Shown here piece by piece: positions 24,642 through 26,591 of a DNA stretch of 26,591 nt. The notes under the pieces are model-generated. The model was not told the DNA's origin. It searched no databases and was given only the letters and a program-made list of their open reading frames with translations. Position 1 is the first letter of the stretch. Each line of letters opens with the position of its first letter. The position numbers were made by a program, and so were the translations under genes. This stretch comes from Hyphomicrobiales bacterium (GTDB lineage Bacteria > Pseudomonadota > Alphaproteobacteria > Rhizobiales > UBA4765), in the NCBI GenBank assembly GCA_027487195.1, contig JAIYEB010000182.1:1-26591 (forward strand), read 5' to 3'.

Positions 24642-26591
24642 CTACTCCGCCGGCTGGATGGCTGCCTCGCGCCGCCGCGTTCGCCGCGCGGCAACCGGTG
24701 CCCCGACCCTCAGCCTGCGGTCAAACAATGACGTCAGCCCGCCGAACGCCATGACGACGCACCCAAGCCAGATCAGCGTCACGAGCGGCTTGTGAAACAG
24801 TTTGACCCCAACGCTGCCATCCGGGTTCACATCCCCCAGCGTGACATAGAGCTGTGAAAAGCCGCGCGTATGGATCCCGGCTTCCGTCGTTGGCATGTTC
24901 GTCGCGGTATAGACCCGCTTGGCGCTTTCCTTGATGCCGAGCGCCACGCCGTCATAGGTGATGGAGAAGGTTGCGACCTGATCGCGATAGTTCGCGCCCT
25001 CGCGCATGCCGACGCCGTCAAAGCGAACAGAGTAGCCCGCAAGATCGACACTCTGGCCGCGCTGAACGGTGAGGATGCGCTCTGTTTCGAACGCTGAAAC
25101 CGAGACAACACCAAGCATCGTCACGCCAATGCCGAAGTGGCCGAGCATGGCACCCCAGTTGGCAAGTGGCAGCGCCTGAAGACGCCGAAGGGTCTGCCCA
25201 AAAGAGCCCTGACCGATCCGGGCCCGCCACAAGAGTTCGGACACCGAGCCTGCCATGACGAAAACAGCAAGACCAACACCGAGCAGCGCCAGAACCGGTC
25301 CACCACTGCGCCACCACGCAAAGGCTGCAATGGCAAGGATTGAGAACCCGAATGCCGCAATCAAGCGCTGTGCGACAGCAAACATGTCGCCCCGTTTCCA
25401 CGCGAGGAAGGGGCCAAACGGCATCAACAGCATCAACGGGATCATCAACGGCCCGAAGGTCAGGTTGAAGAACGGCGCTCCGACCGAAATCTTCTCACCT
25501 GTCAGGCTTTCAAGCGCCAGCGGATAGAGCGTGCCGACAAACACCGCGACTGTTGCTGCTGACAGGAACAGGTTGTTGAACAGGAGCGCCCCTTCACGCG
25601 ACACAGGCGCGAACAGGCCGCCGGTCTTCAAGGCAGGCGCACGCCAGGCGTAGAGTGCAAGTGCCCCGCCAACGAAAAATGACAGGATCACGAGGATCAC
25701 CACGCCGCGCGAAGGGTCGGTCGCGAACGCATGGACTGAGGTCAGGATCCCGGATCGGACAAGGAACGTTCCAAGGAGCGACAGCGAGAATGTCAGGATG
25801 GCCAGGAGGATGGTCCAGACCTTCAGCGCGCCGCGCTTTTCCATGACGATTGCGGAGTGAAGCAGCGCCGTTCCGGCAAGCCATGGCATGAACGAGGCGT
25901 TTTCGACCGGGTCCCAGAACCACCAGCCACCCCAGCCAAGCTCGTAGTAGGCCCAGTACGAGCCCATGGCGATCCCAAGGGTCAGGAACAGCCAGGCGAG
26001 CAAAGTCCATGGCCGGACCCAGCGCGCCCAGGCTGCATCGATCCGGCCGGTAATCAGCGCTGCGACCGCGAAGGCATACGCAATCGAGAAGCCGACATAG
26101 CCGACGTAAAGAAGCGGCGGGTGAATGGCGAGGCCAATGTCCTGGAGGATCGGATTGAGGTCGCGCCCTTCCATCGGGGCGGGATTGAGCCGCTCAAACG
26201 GGTTTGACGTCAGCAGGATGAACAGGAAAAAGGCTGCAGCGATCGATCCCTGGACGGCAAGCACAGTCGCTCTGAGATCATCCGGCAGGTTGCGACCGAA
26301 CATGGCCACAAGCGCGCCGAAAAGCGCGAGAATGAGGACCCACAACAGCATGGAGCCCTCGTGGTTTCCCCAAACACCGGTCACGAGGTAGAGCAGCGGC
26401 TTTGCTGAATGCGAGTTTGCGAACACGTTTGAAACGCTGAAGTCCGAGACCACGAAAGCCCAGGTCAGCGCAGCAAAGGATATCGACGTGAAGACGAACT
26501 GCATGATGGCGGTTGTCGGCGCAACGCCCATCAGTGTGGCGTCACCCTTCAGCGCGCCCCACAAGGGCAGTGTGGTCTGAACCAGCGCCAG
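24642..26591 (-). CDS. ccmF: Heme lyase CcmF (CycK); 5' end lies outside the window
   Basis: WGNHEGSMLLW, HPPLLYVGYVG, WAYYELGWGGWWFWDPVENASFMPW (WWD motif), RSGILTSVHAFA, FHKPLVTLIW. The frame stays open to the window edge (LALVQTTLPLWG). Confidence 0.97.
   Translation of the reverse strand: MALVQTTLPLWGALKGDATLMGVAPTTAIMQFVFTSISFAALTWAFVVSDFSVSNVFANSHSAKPLLYLVTGVWGNHEGSMLLWVLILALFGALVAMFGRNLPDDLRATVLAVQGSIAAAFFLFILLTSNPFERLNPAPMEGRDLNPILQDIGLAIHPPLLYVGYVGFSIAYAFAVAALITGRIDAAWARWVRPWTLLAWLFLTLGIAMGSYWAYYELGWGGWWFWDPVENASFMPWLAGTALLHSAIVMEKRGALKVWTILLAILTFSLSLLGTFLVRSGILTSVHAFATDPSRGVVILVILSFFVGGALALYAWRAPALKTGGLFAPVSREGALLFNNLFLSAATVAVFVGTLYPLALESLTGEKISVGAPFFNLTFGPLMIPLMLLMPFGPFLAWKRGDMFAVAQRLIAAFGFSILAIAAFAWWRSGGPVLALLGVGLAVFVMAGSVSELLWRARIGQGSFGQTLRRLQALPLANWGAMLGHFGIGVTMLGVVSVSAFETERILTVQRGQSVDLAGYSVRFDGVGMREGANYRDQVATFSITYDGVALGIKESAKRVYTATNMPTTEAGIHTRGFSQLYVTLGDVNPDGSVGVKLFHKPLVTLIWLGCVVMAFGGLTSLFDRRLRVGAPVAARRTRRREAAIQPAE

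Noticed and set aside
1-26591. CRISPR array, tRNA/rRNA gene, integrase or complete prophage/defence system
   Set aside because: No regularly spaced repeats, cloverleaf or rRNA-like sequence, recombinase, or additional phage genes were seen. Intergenic gaps are short and largely explained.

Overview
GC-rich alphaproteobacterial (Hyphomicrobiales/Rhizobiales-like) chromosomal window, mostly housekeeping genes. In order: a 5'-truncated redoxin/2OG-Fe(II) oxygenase gene, a class I/II aminotransferase, a DUF3108-like protein, the rsfS-rlmH-envC-ctpA-yibQ-rppH block, crtI-crtB, a type-2 argC, a Ser/Thr dehydratase, pleC, and the minus-strand block ccmF-ccmH-degP-response regulator-histidine kinase-glnE. 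Four features are not visible in the supplied ORF track. (1) crtI-crtB carries a perfect PpsR/CrtJ box (TGTC-N10-GACA) over its start and is followed by a translationally coupled, TTG-started 45-aa single-pass membrane ORF, whose stop codon is the end of a Rhizobiales-type palindromic repeat. This looks like a stand-alone three-gene photopigment operon outside any photosynthesis cluster and is the best candidate for an undescribed component. (2) A left-end IS3 remnant is fused directly to the still-open C-terminal ~370 codons of a gene transfer agent (GTA) g15-like tail gene just upstream of pleC. (3) The pleC promoter holds three clustered GANTC (CcrM) sites. (4) The degP upstream elements are embedded in the 3' end of ccmH. 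All family assignments come from motif recognition by eye; no database searches were run.
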